DNA of 32,485 nt, taken from assembly GCA_937928455.1 (NCBI GenBank), contig CALFUG010000191.1, forward strand, positions 1 to 32,485, written 5' to 3'. Made by a program: the position numbers and the translations under genes. Positions 7,261 through 16,862 of the stretch are shown in pieces. The DNA comes from an uncultured Clostridia bacterium (GTDB lineage: Bacteria > Bacillota > Clostridia > Peptostreptococcales > Anaerovoracaceae). Under the pieces are notes generated by a model. That model searched no databases. It worked only from the letters and a program-made list of their open reading frames with translations, and had not been told where the DNA came from. Every line of letters starts with the position of its first letter. Position 1 is the stretch's first letter.

Positions 7261-9618
7261 ATGAAGAAAAGTTACGTGGCTTCCGAGTTAAAAAAACTGA
7301 TTGAAGAAAGAGTAAAGTGGGATTATGGCAAAACCACAGATAAAGCTTCTCTTCGGCAAATATATAAATCCACCTGTCGTGTGGTTCGCGATATCATGGC
7401 AGACATCTATTCCAAATCGGATTCGAATGAGAAAAGAGGCGGAAAAGAAGTCTATTACATGTCAATGGAATTTCTTCCCGGAACATCTCTTCGCAATCAT
7501 TCATATAATCTTGGATTTGAAAAATCTTTGCGGGAAGCCATTTATCAATTAGGGTTTGACGTGGAAGATTTGTATGCGATGGAACCGGATGCAGGGTTGG
7601 GAAATGGCGGGTTGGGACGATTGGCCAGCTGCTATTTGGATGCCATGTCCACACAAAATATAAAAGGCCATGGGATGTCTATCTGTTATGAGTATGGCAT
7701 ATTTAAACAAGTTATCTCAGAGAATCGACAGAAGGAAGAACCGGATTTGTGGATGGACTTGGGAGATTGCTGGCTAGTAAAAAACCGGGAAGAGGCGGAA
7801 ACCGTTCAAATTGGAAGCAAAGAGGTGTTAGCCATTCCCCATGATATGTACATACCGGGATACCATAGCAACACCATCAACAGTCTACGTTTATGGGAAG
7901 CCACCTCTCCCAAAGTGATTGACATGGAACTATTTGCAGAGGGAAAGTATCTGGAGGCCATGGAGGAGCAGCATCAAATTGAGGTAATTTCCAAAATACT
8001 ATATCCGGAAGATACCCATACCCAAGGGAAGGTGTTACGACTAAGCCAACAGTATTTTTTTGTGTCGGCCTCCATGCAGTCTATGGTTCGTAAGCATTAT
8101 GCTCGATATGGAACTCTACATAATTTGGGGGACAAAGTCGCCGTTCACATAAATGACACCCATCCCTCTTTGGTAATACCCGAACTCATGAGAATTCTAA
8201 TGGACGACTATGAAATGGATTGGGAATATGCATGGGAACTAGTGGAAAACATAGTAACTTATACAAATCATACCGTCATGCCGGAAGCTTTGGAATCATG
8301 GGATCAACAACTATTCAACGAACTTTTACCCCGAATGGGGGAGATTATTGGTGGGTTGGACCAACGGTTTCGAAGAAAGATTCATAAGGCATGGGGTCAA
8401 GATGAGGTATCATCCGATCTTTCCATCATTCATGACGGAAAGATTTTCATGGCAAATATGTGTGTGTTGGCATCCCACAAGATTAACGGTGTATCGCAAT
8501 TACACAGTAATATCATACGAAAAGACTTGTTTCCGGGATTTAACCGGTTGTATCCCGGTAAGTTTACCAATGTAACCAACGGGATTTCTTATCGAAGATG
8601 GCTTTGTCAGGCGAATCCTGCTTTGACGGAGATGATTCAAGATATAATCGGCGATGGGTTTCTTAACGATGCGATAGAATTGGAAAAGCTCATGGCATTT
8701 GTGGATGATAAAACCGTGGTGGAAACTTTAGGGCAGATTAAGAGAGGCAATAAACTGCGCTTGGGTGAGTATATTCGTGAAAACAATGGGATACTAGTGG
8801 ATCCGGATTCGATTTTTGACGTTCAAGCAAAGCGATTGCATGAATACAAGAGACAACTGCTAAATTTAATTCACATAGTAGACCTATACTTGCGAATCAA
8901 AGAAAATCCCAACGAAGATATTTCTCCTCGTACGTTTCTATTCTCTGCAAAAGCTTCTTCCGGATACTATTTGGCCAAGCAGATTATCAGTTTTGCAGTG
9001 AATCTTTCCGAAATGTTGGAAAAGGACCCTCTGGTGAGAGAACGGTTAAAAGTGGTTTTCCTCGAAAACTATTCGGTTTCTTTGTCGGAGATTTTAATGC
9101 CCGCGGCAGAGGTTTCGGAACAAATTTCGCTGGCCGGAAAGGAAGCTTCCGGAACCGGTAACATGAAATTGATGATAAATGGAGCCATCACCTTAGGAAC
9201 TTTGGATGGCGCCAATGTGGAAATCCGAAATCAAGTGGGAGAAGAAAACATGTTCTTATTTGGTTTAACCGCTGAAGAAGTGGACACTTTACGTATTGGC
9301 GGGGGATATAATCCGATATCCTATTTTATCGAGAACCCGGATTTGGGAAGAATTCTAGAATATATATCATACGGTGTGAATAATGTACCATTTGGCGATA
9401 TTGTAAATACATTAACTACGGGTTATAACGGTCCTCCGGACCAGTACTTTATCACCAAGGATTTTCATGATTATAAAAGAGCGCAACAAGATATACAAAA
9501 TGCTTACCGGGACTCCGGTCGTTGGAATCGGATGTCATTAATCAACATCGCCAAATCTGGAGTTTTCTCCGCGGACCGGGCTATTCGTACGTATTGCAAA
9601 GAAATATGGAATACTTAG
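7261..9618 (+). CDS. glgP: Glycogen/maltodextrin phosphorylase (GT35)
   Basis: Conserved GLGNGGLGRLA, HINDTHP, and the PLP-lysine motif EASGTGNMKLMINGA. ATG 7261 follows the RBS AAAGGTGA. The ATG at 7231 used by the ORF track has no RBS. Confidence 0.9.
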   Translation: MKKSYVASELKKLIEERVKWDYGKTTDKASLRQIYKSTCRVVRDIMADIYSKSDSNEKRGGKEVYYMSMEFLPGTSLRNHSYNLGFEKSLREAIYQLGFDVEDLYAMEPDAGLGNGGLGRLASCYLDAMSTQNIKGHGMSICYEYGIFKQVISENRQKEEPDLWMDLGDCWLVKNREEAETVQIGSKEVLAIPHDMYIPGYHSNTINSLRLWEATSPKVIDMELFAEGKYLEAMEEQHQIEVISKILYPEDTHTQGKVLRLSQQYFFVSASMQSMVRKHYARYGTLHNLGDKVAVHINDTHPSLVIPELMRILMDDYEMDWEYAWELVENIVTYTNHTVMPEALESWDQQLFNELLPRMGEIIGGLDQRFRRKIHKAWGQDEVSSDLSIIHDGKIFMANMCVLASHKINGVSQLHSNIIRKDLFPGFNRLYPGKFTNVTNGISYRRWLCQANPALTEMIQDIIGDGFLNDAIELEKLMAFVDDKTVVETLGQIKRGNKLRLGEYIRENNGILVDPDSIFDVQAKRLHEYKRQLLNLIHIVDLYLRIKENPNEDISPRTFLFSAKASSGYYLAKQIISFAVNLSEMLEKDPLVRERLKVVFLENYSVSLSEILMPAAEVSEQISLAGKEASGTGNMKLMINGAITLGTLDGANVEIRNQVGEENMFLFGLTAEEVDTLRIGGGYNPISYFIENPDLGRILEYISYGVNNVPFGDIVNTLTTGYNGPPDQYFITKDFHDYKRAQQDIQNAYRDSGRWNRMSLINIAKSGVFSADRAIRTYCKEIWNT

Positions 9619-9645
9619 AAGTAAAGTGTATACAGAGGAGAAGAA

Positions 9646-10998
9646 CTATTGTTTTTCCAAAAAGGAGGAAAGGATTTTCCACTGTTTTTCACAATCCTTC
9701 AAGTCTACACCAAAGGAAACCATTTCCAATTCGGAATCTCGCTGCTGATAGATTGCCAAGGAAGAGGGGACAATGGTGGTCTGTGGCGGTGATTTTGTAG
9801 ATTCCAATAATTTATTGATCCAAGGTAATTCCGGGTTTCCGTGCCAACCGGCACGCCTGCTGATTAAATCATAGTTCATATCGTTTAAATTGGTAATGAC
9901 ATCCAAGTCTTTGCTCATTTCCTGAAACGCAACGTCAGAATCGCTCCACCACAGAAGGCTACTATTAAATCGATCATTTTCAGCGGACAAGGAGGTAATA
10001 AGAGACATGGTTTGAGACTCGAAATCGTAGTGCCCATCAAAAATGGTATATAAAAAGCTGATAATCCTATCGGTATCCTCTAACGAAAATACCTTGGGAG
10101 GCATATCCACTTCCGTGAAAACAACACTAATGTTTGGGTAGATCTTAGAATATTCATTTTCTATTTGATTTTGAAGGTCAATCATCATGTTTTCCAATTT
10201 ACGTAGATCATTTTGCGTAATGATGATAATAGCGGACGAAGTAGAAGAATACTCTCCTGTTTCCGGCATGAAATGGGTCTCCCCTTGTACTAAAGCCAGC
10301 TCGAGGATCATCCCATTGGATTTACAGGTTGCTAGAAAATCCCCGATTTGTTTGATGGCATTTGGAATATCCGAATCATTTACCAGTGGTATCGATGAAG
10401 TAATCCCCCCGATAGATATCTCATATGCAAAGGGGTATTTGGGGACCACCGATTTGATATTTCGATGGATGTTGGCTTCCCATGAACCCGCTTCAGAAAT
10501 GATAATTTCAGAGGGTGATTTTGTATTCAGTTTGATTAAAGGGGAGGTTAGGTACTTGGAATTTAAATGGTCGGCGCCAAAATGGTTTCCCGGGCTATAA
10601 GGGACCATAAGCAGACGTATCGGGCCTGTTACCGAGGAATTCTGAATAAATGCCAAAGCAAAAGCCACACTCCGCAAATCTTCTTGGCGATTTTCCACAC
10701 TAAATTCACATTCCAAGGTAATGAACTCACGGTTTTCACCGGATAAGGGCCAACTTTCCAGAACCACAATGCCGCGACGGTCTAGCTCCGCGGTCAAACC
10801 CTTGGTTTGGCCCCAAAGATATAAATAGTCGGAAATTTCATGAACATCTTCGATTTCCAACAACGCATCCACCATGGTTTCATATTCGGTGAATACGGTA
10901 TCCTTTACATTGATTTCTTGAGGTTTTAGCATGAAATCACATCCTGTTAGCAGAAGGATTACACACAAGATAATAGGAATCTTTTTATAGATTGTCAT
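9646..10998 (-). CDS. Lipoprotein with a degenerate PepD/M20C (Xaa-His dipeptidase)-like fold; predicted to be catalytically inactive
   Basis: Signal peptide plus lipobox MTIYKKIPIILCVILLLTGC. By-eye colinearity with E. coli PepD blocks (YL..W....G...E.D..G; GP..LL......G..GA..L; GW...P; M.MVS.G). The metal and catalytic positions are replaced (LQAHLDMV -> LECEFSV; TEEAG -> YSPGN; IHAGLE -> VPSSLA). Confidence 0.65.
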   Translation of the reverse strand: MTIYKKIPIILCVILLLTGCDFMLKPQEINVKDTVFTEYETMVDALLEIEDVHEISDYLYLWGQTKGLTAELDRRGIVVLESWPLSGENREFITLECEFSVENRQEDLRSVAFALAFIQNSSVTGPIRLLMVPYSPGNHFGADHLNSKYLTSPLIKLNTKSPSEIIISEAGSWEANIHRNIKSVVPKYPFAYEISIGGITSSIPLVNDSDIPNAIKQIGDFLATCKSNGMILELALVQGETHFMPETGEYSSTSSAIIIITQNDLRKLENMMIDLQNQIENEYSKIYPNISVVFTEVDMPPKVFSLEDTDRIISFLYTIFDGHYDFESQTMSLITSLSAENDRFNSSLLWWSDSDVAFQEMSKDLDVITNLNDMNYDLISRRAGWHGNPELPWINKLLESTKSPPQTTIVPSSLAIYQQRDSELEMVSFGVDLKDCEKQWKILSSFLEKQ

Positions 10999-11080
10999 TA
11001 ATTTTCTTCCTTTTCTACTCTTTGCCTCATTATATCAAAAACCGGCTTCTTTGAAAGAGAATAATATAAAGAAAAAATGC

Positions 11081-11109
11081 TTGTAATGAGGAATGATATT
11101 TGCTATAAT
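11081..11109 (+). promoter_or_regulatory. Sigma-A promoter of rpmB
   Basis: -35 TTGTAA (11081-11086), 17-nt spacer, extended -10 TGcTATAAT (11101-11109). Confidence 0.55.
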
Positions 11110-11208
11110 ATCGTTTGTTCGACATCTCAGGAGAAGAGAGCTTCTACTGGAGATGTATCAGCAGAAAAATTAGCGAAAGCTTAAGATATAGAGAAGGAGG
11201 TGCGGTCA

Positions 11209-11400
11209 ATGTCACGAAAATGCGAAATATGTGGAAAAGGTCAGGTTTCGGGAAACAATGTTTCTCACTCAAACCGACATACCCGACGAAAATGGAATGC
11301 CAATATCCAGTCTGTCAGAGTAGAAGAAACTGGAACGATTCGAAGAGCCAATGTATGTACGAGATGCTTACGTTCCGGAAAAGTAAACCGCGCCGTATAA
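11209..11400 (+). CDS. rpmB: 50S ribosomal protein L28
   Basis: [34 protein letters not shown] is canonical L28. ATG 11209 lies 7 nt after AGGAGG. The ORF-track start GTG 11200 lies inside the RBS. Confidence 0.95.
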   Translation: MSRKCEICGKGQVSGNNVSHSNRHTRRKWNANIQSVRVEETGTIRRANVCTRCLRSGKVNRAV

Positions 11401-11404
11401 GAGT

Positions 11405-11431
11405 AAAAAACCTGCTATGCAGGTTTTTTTT
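11405..11431 (+). terminator. Rho-independent terminator after rpmB
   Basis: AAAAAACCTGC-TAT-GCAGGTTTTTTT: perfect hairpin plus T-tract. Confidence 0.8.
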
Positions 11432-11476
11432 ATATGCTATAATTAACTCATATACCGTCACAAAGGAGAAAGCCCT

Positions 11477-11878
11477 ATGCTGTATCGTTTTGAGACAGAA
11501 TACGGCACCATTTCTATTGCCAAAGCTGTTATAACTAAAATTATCACAGAAGCTGTGGATCGATTTGAAGGAAAAGTATTCATTTCCAATGCGAAAGGGA
11601 AGATTGTGGGTAGCTTGTTCTCAAAAATCGGTTATTTTGATGATGCCAGCAATATTGAAATAACCATGGGTCCCCGGGGCTTGGACGTTCGTGTCTTTGT
11701 GGTTGTCAAATTCGGCACCAGTATCGGTTGGGTGACCAACCAGCTGATTGAAGATATTCAGAACCATATCAAACTATTTACCTCAATGGAGCCCAACAGT
11801 GTGGCAATCGTAGTCGCCGGTACCTTATCACAGCAATTAACAAGAAGGCATATCGAAGTGAAGAGGGAACACGCATGA
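11477..11878 (+). CDS. Asp23/Gls24-family (alkaline shock / envelope stress) protein
   Basis: 133 aa. G.I.I...V...I...A pattern at the N-terminus and a size typical of Asp23/YloU. Conserved position between rpmB and recG. RBS AAGGAG. Confidence 0.8.
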   Translation: MLYRFETEYGTISIAKAVITKIITEAVDRFEGKVFISNAKGKIVGSLFSKIGYFDDASNIEITMGPRGLDVRVFVVVKFGTSIGWVTNQLIEDIQNHIKLFTSMEPNSVAIVVAGTLSQQLTRRHIEVKREHA

Positions 11879-13926
11879 TCAATCTTAACGATTCCGTTGC
11901 TGCTTTAAAAGGGATTGGGCCAAAAAAAGCGGAAGCTCTATCGCGATTACATATACAGCAGATTCAGGATTTTCTCTTCCATTTTCCAAGGCAGTACCAA
12001 GATCGGCGTACCGTAGTACCTGTGAATAGGTTAGAAAACGAAATACCTGCTTTGATTAGGGTCCGCGTCATAAAAATTACCGGAGGAGGGTACCGTTATG
12101 GTCGAAAAAGCCCCCTCCGTCTTTTATGCGAAGATGAAACGGGAACCATAGAAATATTCTACTTTCAACCTCAATATTATCTGAAAGCTTTCAAAATCGG
12201 TGAGACATATTATTATTATGGTAAACCGAAGCTGGAAAAGGGATTCCCCAAAATGTTTCACCCGGATTATTCATTATTTCGTGAGCTATCCATGGAGGAT
12301 GAAAGTAGAGATGGAATCCGACCCGTGTATCCCTTGACCACAGGGGTAAGTCAGATTGAAATGCTACGATATCAAAGGCAGGCGATGGAACTACTTCCTC
12401 TTATGAGGGACTATTTACCAGAGGATATTCGCAATCGAAACCGACTCTGTGGATTAACATATGCCTTGGCGAATATTCACTTTCCAAAAGATGAAACCAA
12501 ATTAAAAGAGGCCAAGTTTCGGTTGGTTTTTGATGAATTGTTTTTATTACAGGTGGGATTGTTAATGCGAGGAGCGGTACATCGTCAGAAACCAAAAACC
12601 CATTCTTATACGCAGGATGAATTATATGAACCGTTAATTAAAAAATTACCTTTTCAACTAACCCCTGCACAAAATCGGGTTTGGAAGGAAATAGAAACCT
12701 CCATGAATCAGAAACTGCCCATGAATCGGCTGGTTCAGGGAGATGTGGGAAGCGGCAAAACGATTCTTGCAATCCTTGCATTGTATAAAGCAGCTTCTAG
12801 CGGTTTTCAGGGAGTTATGATGGCTCCTACGGAATTGTTGGCAAAACAACACTATCATACCTTAAAAGGGATTTTAGAACCTCTGGGTATTTCAGTAAGA
12901 CTACTTATTTCTTCTCTATCGCAAAAGGAAAAACAGGATGTTATTGAAGAGTTGGGAAATGGTAATTGTTCAGTGTTAATTGGAACTCATGCCGTAATTC
13001 AGCCTCACGTTCGGTTTCGAAACCTATCGCTGGTCATTACTGACGAGCAACATCGTTTTGGGGTGGATCAACGAATTCGTCTCATGGAAAAAGGCCTCGG
13101 TACAGACACTCTGGTCATGACGGCTACCCCTATACCCAGAACATTGGCGGCCATTATTTATGGTGATTTAGATATTTCTATCTTGGATGAGCTTCCGCCA
13201 GGAAGACAAGAAATTCTTACTCGAAAAATCCTTACCGAGGAAAAACGGGGGAAAATGTACGAGTTTGTACATAGAATATTAAGCAACGGACAACAATGCT
13301 ATGTTGTAGCTCCTCTTATTGGAGAGTCAGAGCAGCTGGAAGACGTGCGATCGGCAGAAGAAATCTATACCGAGTTAAAAGCTGTTTTAGCGCCACATTC
13401 CTGTGGGTTATTGCATGGTAGTATGAAGAGCGATGAAAAAGATAGAATCATGACCCGGTTTAAAGATGGAAAAATTCAAGTGTTAATTTCCACCGTAGTC
13501 ATTGAAGTGGGCATTCACGTAGATAATGCCACCGTTATCGTAATAGAAAATGCCGAAAGATTTGGACTGGCCCAATTGCATCAGCTTCGTGGACGGGTAG
13601 GGAGAGGTACCAAGCAAAGCTATTGTTTCTTAGTAACCAATAGCCATCAAGACTACGCATTAAAAAGACTGGAAGTTCTTACAAGTTCTAGTGACGGATT
13701 CTACATTGCAGAAAAAGACTTGGAATTGAGGGGTCCGGGAGAAGTGTTTGGGACAAGACAACATGGGCTTCCCGAATTAATGATAGCAGATTTAAGTAAA
13801 CACCTATTCATTTTGGATACTGTGAAAGAAGAAGCCAAGGCTCTTTTAGATGGAGACCCACGACTTGATAACTATCCTCTTTTGGCCCATCGAATTCAGA
13901 ATATGCTGGAACGAGTTTCTCGCTAG
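11875..13926 (+). CDS. recG: ATP-dependent DNA helicase RecG
   Basis: 683 aa. Wedge domain, then Walker A GDVGSGKT, DEQHRFG, TATPIPRT, and QLHQLRGRVGRG (motif VI). The ATGA overlaps the asp23 stop. Confidence 0.95.
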   Translation: MINLNDSVAALKGIGPKKAEALSRLHIQQIQDFLFHFPRQYQDRRTVVPVNRLENEIPALIRVRVIKITGGGYRYGRKSPLRLLCEDETGTIEIFYFQPQYYLKAFKIGETYYYYGKPKLEKGFPKMFHPDYSLFRELSMEDESRDGIRPVYPLTTGVSQIEMLRYQRQAMELLPLMRDYLPEDIRNRNRLCGLTYALANIHFPKDETKLKEAKFRLVFDELFLLQVGLLMRGAVHRQKPKTHSYTQDELYEPLIKKLPFQLTPAQNRVWKEIETSMNQKLPMNRLVQGDVGSGKTILAILALYKAASSGFQGVMMAPTELLAKQHYHTLKGILEPLGISVRLLISSLSQKEKQDVIEELGNGNCSVLIGTHAVIQPHVRFRNLSLVITDEQHRFGVDQRIRLMEKGLGTDTLVMTATPIPRTLAAIIYGDLDISILDELPPGRQEILTRKILTEEKRGKMYEFVHRILSNGQQCYVVAPLIGESEQLEDVRSAEEIYTELKAVLAPHSCGLLHGSMKSDEKDRIMTRFKDGKIQVLISTVVIEVGIHVDNATVIVIENAERFGLAQLHQLRGRVGRGTKQSYCFLVTNSHQDYALKRLEVLTSSSDGFYIAEKDLELRGPGEVFGTRQHGLPELMIADLSKHLFILDTVKEEAKALLDGDPRLDNYPLLAHRIQNMLERVSR

Positions 13927-13950
13927 CTTATATCAGAAAGGAGCCGATAT

Positions 13951-14490
13951 ATGAGAATCATTACCGGTAAATTCAAGGGACGAAAATTATATACTCCAAA
14001 GGATCGTCATGTACGACCTACCAGTGACCGGGTAAAGGAGGCTATTTTTTCTATGCTGGGAGAGGTCATTATGGATAATCGTGTTCTAGACCTTTTCGCG
14101 GGAACCGGATCGTTGGGATTAGAAGCCCTCAGCAGGGGAGCTTCTCATTGTGTCTTTGTAGATAATAACCGAGAAAGCATTCAATTGATAAAAGAAAATA
14201 TTGCCCATCTGGGCGCTTCCAGAGAATCCACGGTGATTTCCGGAGATTATCGTATTGCGTTAAATCAAGTGAAAGATCCTTTCGACCTGATATTTATGGA
14301 TCCTCCTTATCATGTGGAGGAGATAGAAGATATCTTGTTGACCATTGATAAAAAAGGTTTATTAAAGGAGGAAGGTACCATCGTCGTAGAACGAGATCAC
14401 CGGCACACTTTGCCGGAAGAAGTTGGTTCTTTCCGGACCGCTAAATCCAAAAAATATGGGACAACGCATATCACCTTTTACCAGAGATAA
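13951..14490 (+). CDS. rsmD: 16S rRNA (guanine966-N2)-methyltransferase RsmD
   Basis: MRIITGKFKGRKL..P....RPT.DRVKEAIF, SAM motif LDLFAGTGSLGLEALSRGA, and the DPPY motif. Confidence 0.9.
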   Translation: MRIITGKFKGRKLYTPKDRHVRPTSDRVKEAIFSMLGEVIMDNRVLDLFAGTGSLGLEALSRGASHCVFVDNNRESIQLIKENIAHLGASRESTVISGDYRIALNQVKDPFDLIFMDPPYHVEEIEDILLTIDKKGLLKEEGTIVVERDHRHTLPEEVGSFRTAKSKKYGTTHITFYQR

Positions 14491-14558
14491 CAACCCTTGT
14501 TATTCCTTGATTATGCAGAAGCTCATATGATATAATACTTTTTGACTAAAGGGAGGAA

Positions 14559-15047
14559 ATGCCTTTGAGTACCAATGCGTTGTATGCCGGTTCTTTTGAT
14601 CCTTTGACCTATGGCCATATGGACCTTATTGAGCGGGCGGCGAAAATTCATGACCATCTGGTGATAGGTGTCATCAGCAATCCAACCAAACAGTCATATT
14701 TCACAAAAGAAGAACGTGTTGCCATGATACAAGATGTCACCAAACACCTTTCAAATGTGACGGTTGACACCTTCACGGGACTTCTTGCGGATTATGTGAA
14801 TGAGCGGGGATTTAATGTGGTAGTACGAGGACTTCGTGCCACCATGGATTTCGAGTACGAAATTCAAATGGCTCAAATGAACGCCCGACTGTATAAGGGT
14901 TGCGTAGAAACCATTTTCTTAATGACCAAGCCCAGCTTAAGTTTTTTAAGCTCCAGCATTGTAAAAGAAGTACATGCCTTAAATGGGGATATTGAAGGGC
15001 TGGTTCCGGAAGTGGTTAAGGTTGCATTGGATCACAAGAAAAAATAA
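14559..15047 (+). CDS. coaD: Phosphopantetheine adenylyltransferase
   Basis: YAGSFDPLTYGHMDLIERA (the T/HxGH nucleotidyltransferase motif) and SSSIVKEV near the C-terminus. 162 aa. Confidence 0.95.
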   Translation: MPLSTNALYAGSFDPLTYGHMDLIERAAKIHDHLVIGVISNPTKQSYFTKEERVAMIQDVTKHLSNVTVDTFTGLLADYVNERGFNVVVRGLRATMDFEYEIQMAQMNARLYKGCVETIFLMTKPSLSFLSSSIVKEVHALNGDIEGLVPEVVKVALDHKKK

Positions 15048-15072
15048 GAATAAATAATTGGGAGGCTCAGCC

Positions 15073-15600
15073 ATGAAGGTTTTGGAACTATTAGAAGAAA
15101 TTGAAGAAGTGGTGGATACCGCGGCGGCCGTACCTTTAACCGGGAAAATTATGGTGGATGCGGATGAAATTTTAGAAATCGTAAAAGAAATTCGAATTGA
15201 ACTGCCCGATGAAATACAACAAGCCCAGTGGATTAAAGAAGAAAGGGAGCGAATCCTCAACGAAGCAAAACAGGAATATGAAACGGTGTTGAAAGATGCC
15301 AGAAGACAGGCGGAAGCTTTAATTGAGAATGATGACATAACGGTGAAGGCCAAACACCGAGCGGAAGAAATCATGACCGTCGCCCAAGATAATGTTCGTG
15401 AATTGAAAATGTCCGCATTCAATTATATTGATAGTATATTATACAATTTTCAGCAGAAAATGGATCAGCTTAACGGGGAGCATTTCATCAAGATGTTTGA
15501 AGATATAGAGACAACTTTTGGGAATATTAACGACACCCTGGCAGAGAATCGAAAGGAAATCGAAGAGTTGGCCCGTAAAACTCAGACGGATATCGATTAA
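15073..15600 (+). CDS. Conserved coiled-coil protein of unknown function (Glu/Lys-rich, ATP-synthase-b/E-like heptads)
   Basis: ATG 15073 follows the RBS GGGAGG. The ORF-track TTG 15058 overlaps the RBS. The protein is highly charged and helical. It sits between coaD and ylbM/tmcAL. I recognise no catalytic motif. Confidence 0.55.
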   Translation: MKVLELLEEIEEVVDTAAAVPLTGKIMVDADEILEIVKEIRIELPDEIQQAQWIKEERERILNEAKQEYETVLKDARRQAEALIENDDITVKAKHRAEEIMTVAQDNVRELKMSAFNYIDSILYNFQQKMDQLNGEHFIKMFEDIETTFGNINDTLAENRKEIEELARKTQTDID

Positions 15601-16820
15601 TGAAGGTATTAGGTATTATTTCAGAATACAATCCGTTTCATAAAGGGCACTTGTATCACTTGGAGGAATCCAAAAAGCGTACAGGTGCCGATTTTGTGGT
15701 TTCCGTCATGAGTGGAAACTTCGTACAAAGGGGTGAACCCGCCATTGCCGACAAGTGGACACGGGCCCATTGCGCAGTAGACTGTGGTGTGGACTTGGTA
15801 TTGGAACTTCCCTTTGTTTTTGCTTGTAATAGTGCGGAATATTTTGCCTATGGAGGGCTATCCGTATTGGAGGGGCTGGGTTGTGTGGATTGTATCAGCT
15901 TTGGTAGTGAGAGTGGAAACATTGAGGAATTAAAGGAAATTGCAAAAATACTGGTAAACGAGCCGGAGGAATTGAAAACCTTATTAAAAGAAAAACTCGA
16001 TGAAGGTGCTTCTTATGCCAAAGCATGGGGGCTTGCTTTAGAAGAATATGCCGGAGAAGGGGCCTCAAAGATAGTCCGTGAACCCAACAATATATTAGCA
16101 CTGGAGTACTTAAAAAGAATGGCAAAAACCAATTCTTCCATAAAAGCAATTACCATTCCCCGAGCAGGGGGATCTCATAATGATGTAGAACCTACTTGTG
16201 ATTATGCTTCGGCTACCGCATTACGAAAAAAATATCATGAACAAAAAACAATGGACGGGTTTATTGAATATATGCCCATGGGTAGCTATCGAAATCTGTC
16301 CAAATTGGAGGGCAAGTGCAACATAAACATGGAAGACTTGTTCCCTATGGTGGTGGCGGAAATTTTGCGTTCTTCCCCAGAGGAATTGTCCTCCATTTTT
16401 TCAGTAAATGAAGGATTGGAAAATCGATTAAAAAGCGAAATACGAAATGTGAAGACTATGGATGAATTGATTCGTAAAGTAAATTCCAAAAGATACGCGC
16501 AAACGAAGATACAAAGGATGTTGATGCACATACTGGTTCACTTAGACCAAAGTTCTATGAACCGAATCATAACGAAGAGGATTATTTACGGTCGCATTCT
16601 TGCGATGAATGATAACGGTGCGAAACTGTTGAAAATAATTAAGAAGAACAAATCTGCCAAAATACCCATTATTACCAATATCAACAAAGATATTCGAGAC
16701 GATTCTCTTTTATGGCAACTTCTGAATTATGATGTATTAGCCACCGATTTGTATAATTTAACTTCTGGCAATAATTTGTATGCCGGCGCAGATTATGTAG
16801 TAAAGCCGATAAAAATATAG
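15600..16820 (+). CDS. tmcAL: tRNA(Met) cytidine acetate ligase TmcAL (YlbM/UPF0348 nucleotidyltransferase)
   Basis: MKVLGIISEYNPFHKGHLYHL (HxGH-type motif), VMSGNFVQRGEPA, and NNILALEYLK are characteristic of YlbM/TmcAL. TAATG start/stop overlap with the upstream gene. Confidence 0.85.
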   Translation: MKVLGIISEYNPFHKGHLYHLEESKKRTGADFVVSVMSGNFVQRGEPAIADKWTRAHCAVDCGVDLVLELPFVFACNSAEYFAYGGLSVLEGLGCVDCISFGSESGNIEELKEIAKILVNEPEELKTLLKEKLDEGASYAKAWGLALEEYAGEGASKIVREPNNILALEYLKRMAKTNSSIKAITIPRAGGSHNDVEPTCDYASATALRKKYHEQKTMDGFIEYMPMGSYRNLSKLEGKCNINMEDLFPMVVAEILRSSPEELSSIFSVNEGLENRLKSEIRNVKTMDELIRKVNSKRYAQTKIQRMLMHILVHLDQSSMNRIITKRIIYGRILAMNDNGAKLLKIIKKNKSAKIPIITNINKDIRDDSLLWQLLNYDVLATDLYNLTSGNNLYAGADYVVKPIKI

Positions 16821-16862
16821 TCAAAATATGTCGAAAAGACGTTAAAACATTAGGAGGTTAAC

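Noticed and set aside
11116-11200. Hairpin in the rpmB 5' UTR (ACATCTC...GAGATGT, containing a pseudo-SD AGGAG), considered as a possible L28 autoregulatory leader.
   Set aside because: The stem is only 7 bp and I can verify no known conserved leader family. I cannot distinguish it from chance without comparative data.
11115-11534. 139-aa plus-strand ORF spanning rpmB.
   Set aside because: It runs out of frame through rpmB, its terminator and the asp23 start. L28 and Asp23 are unambiguous in their own frames.
14979-15422. 147-aa Ser/Ile-rich minus-strand ORF.
   Set aside because: It is antisense to the Glu/Lys-rich coiled-coil gene (GAA/AAA codons read as TTC/TTT). It has no RBS and is a compositional artefact.
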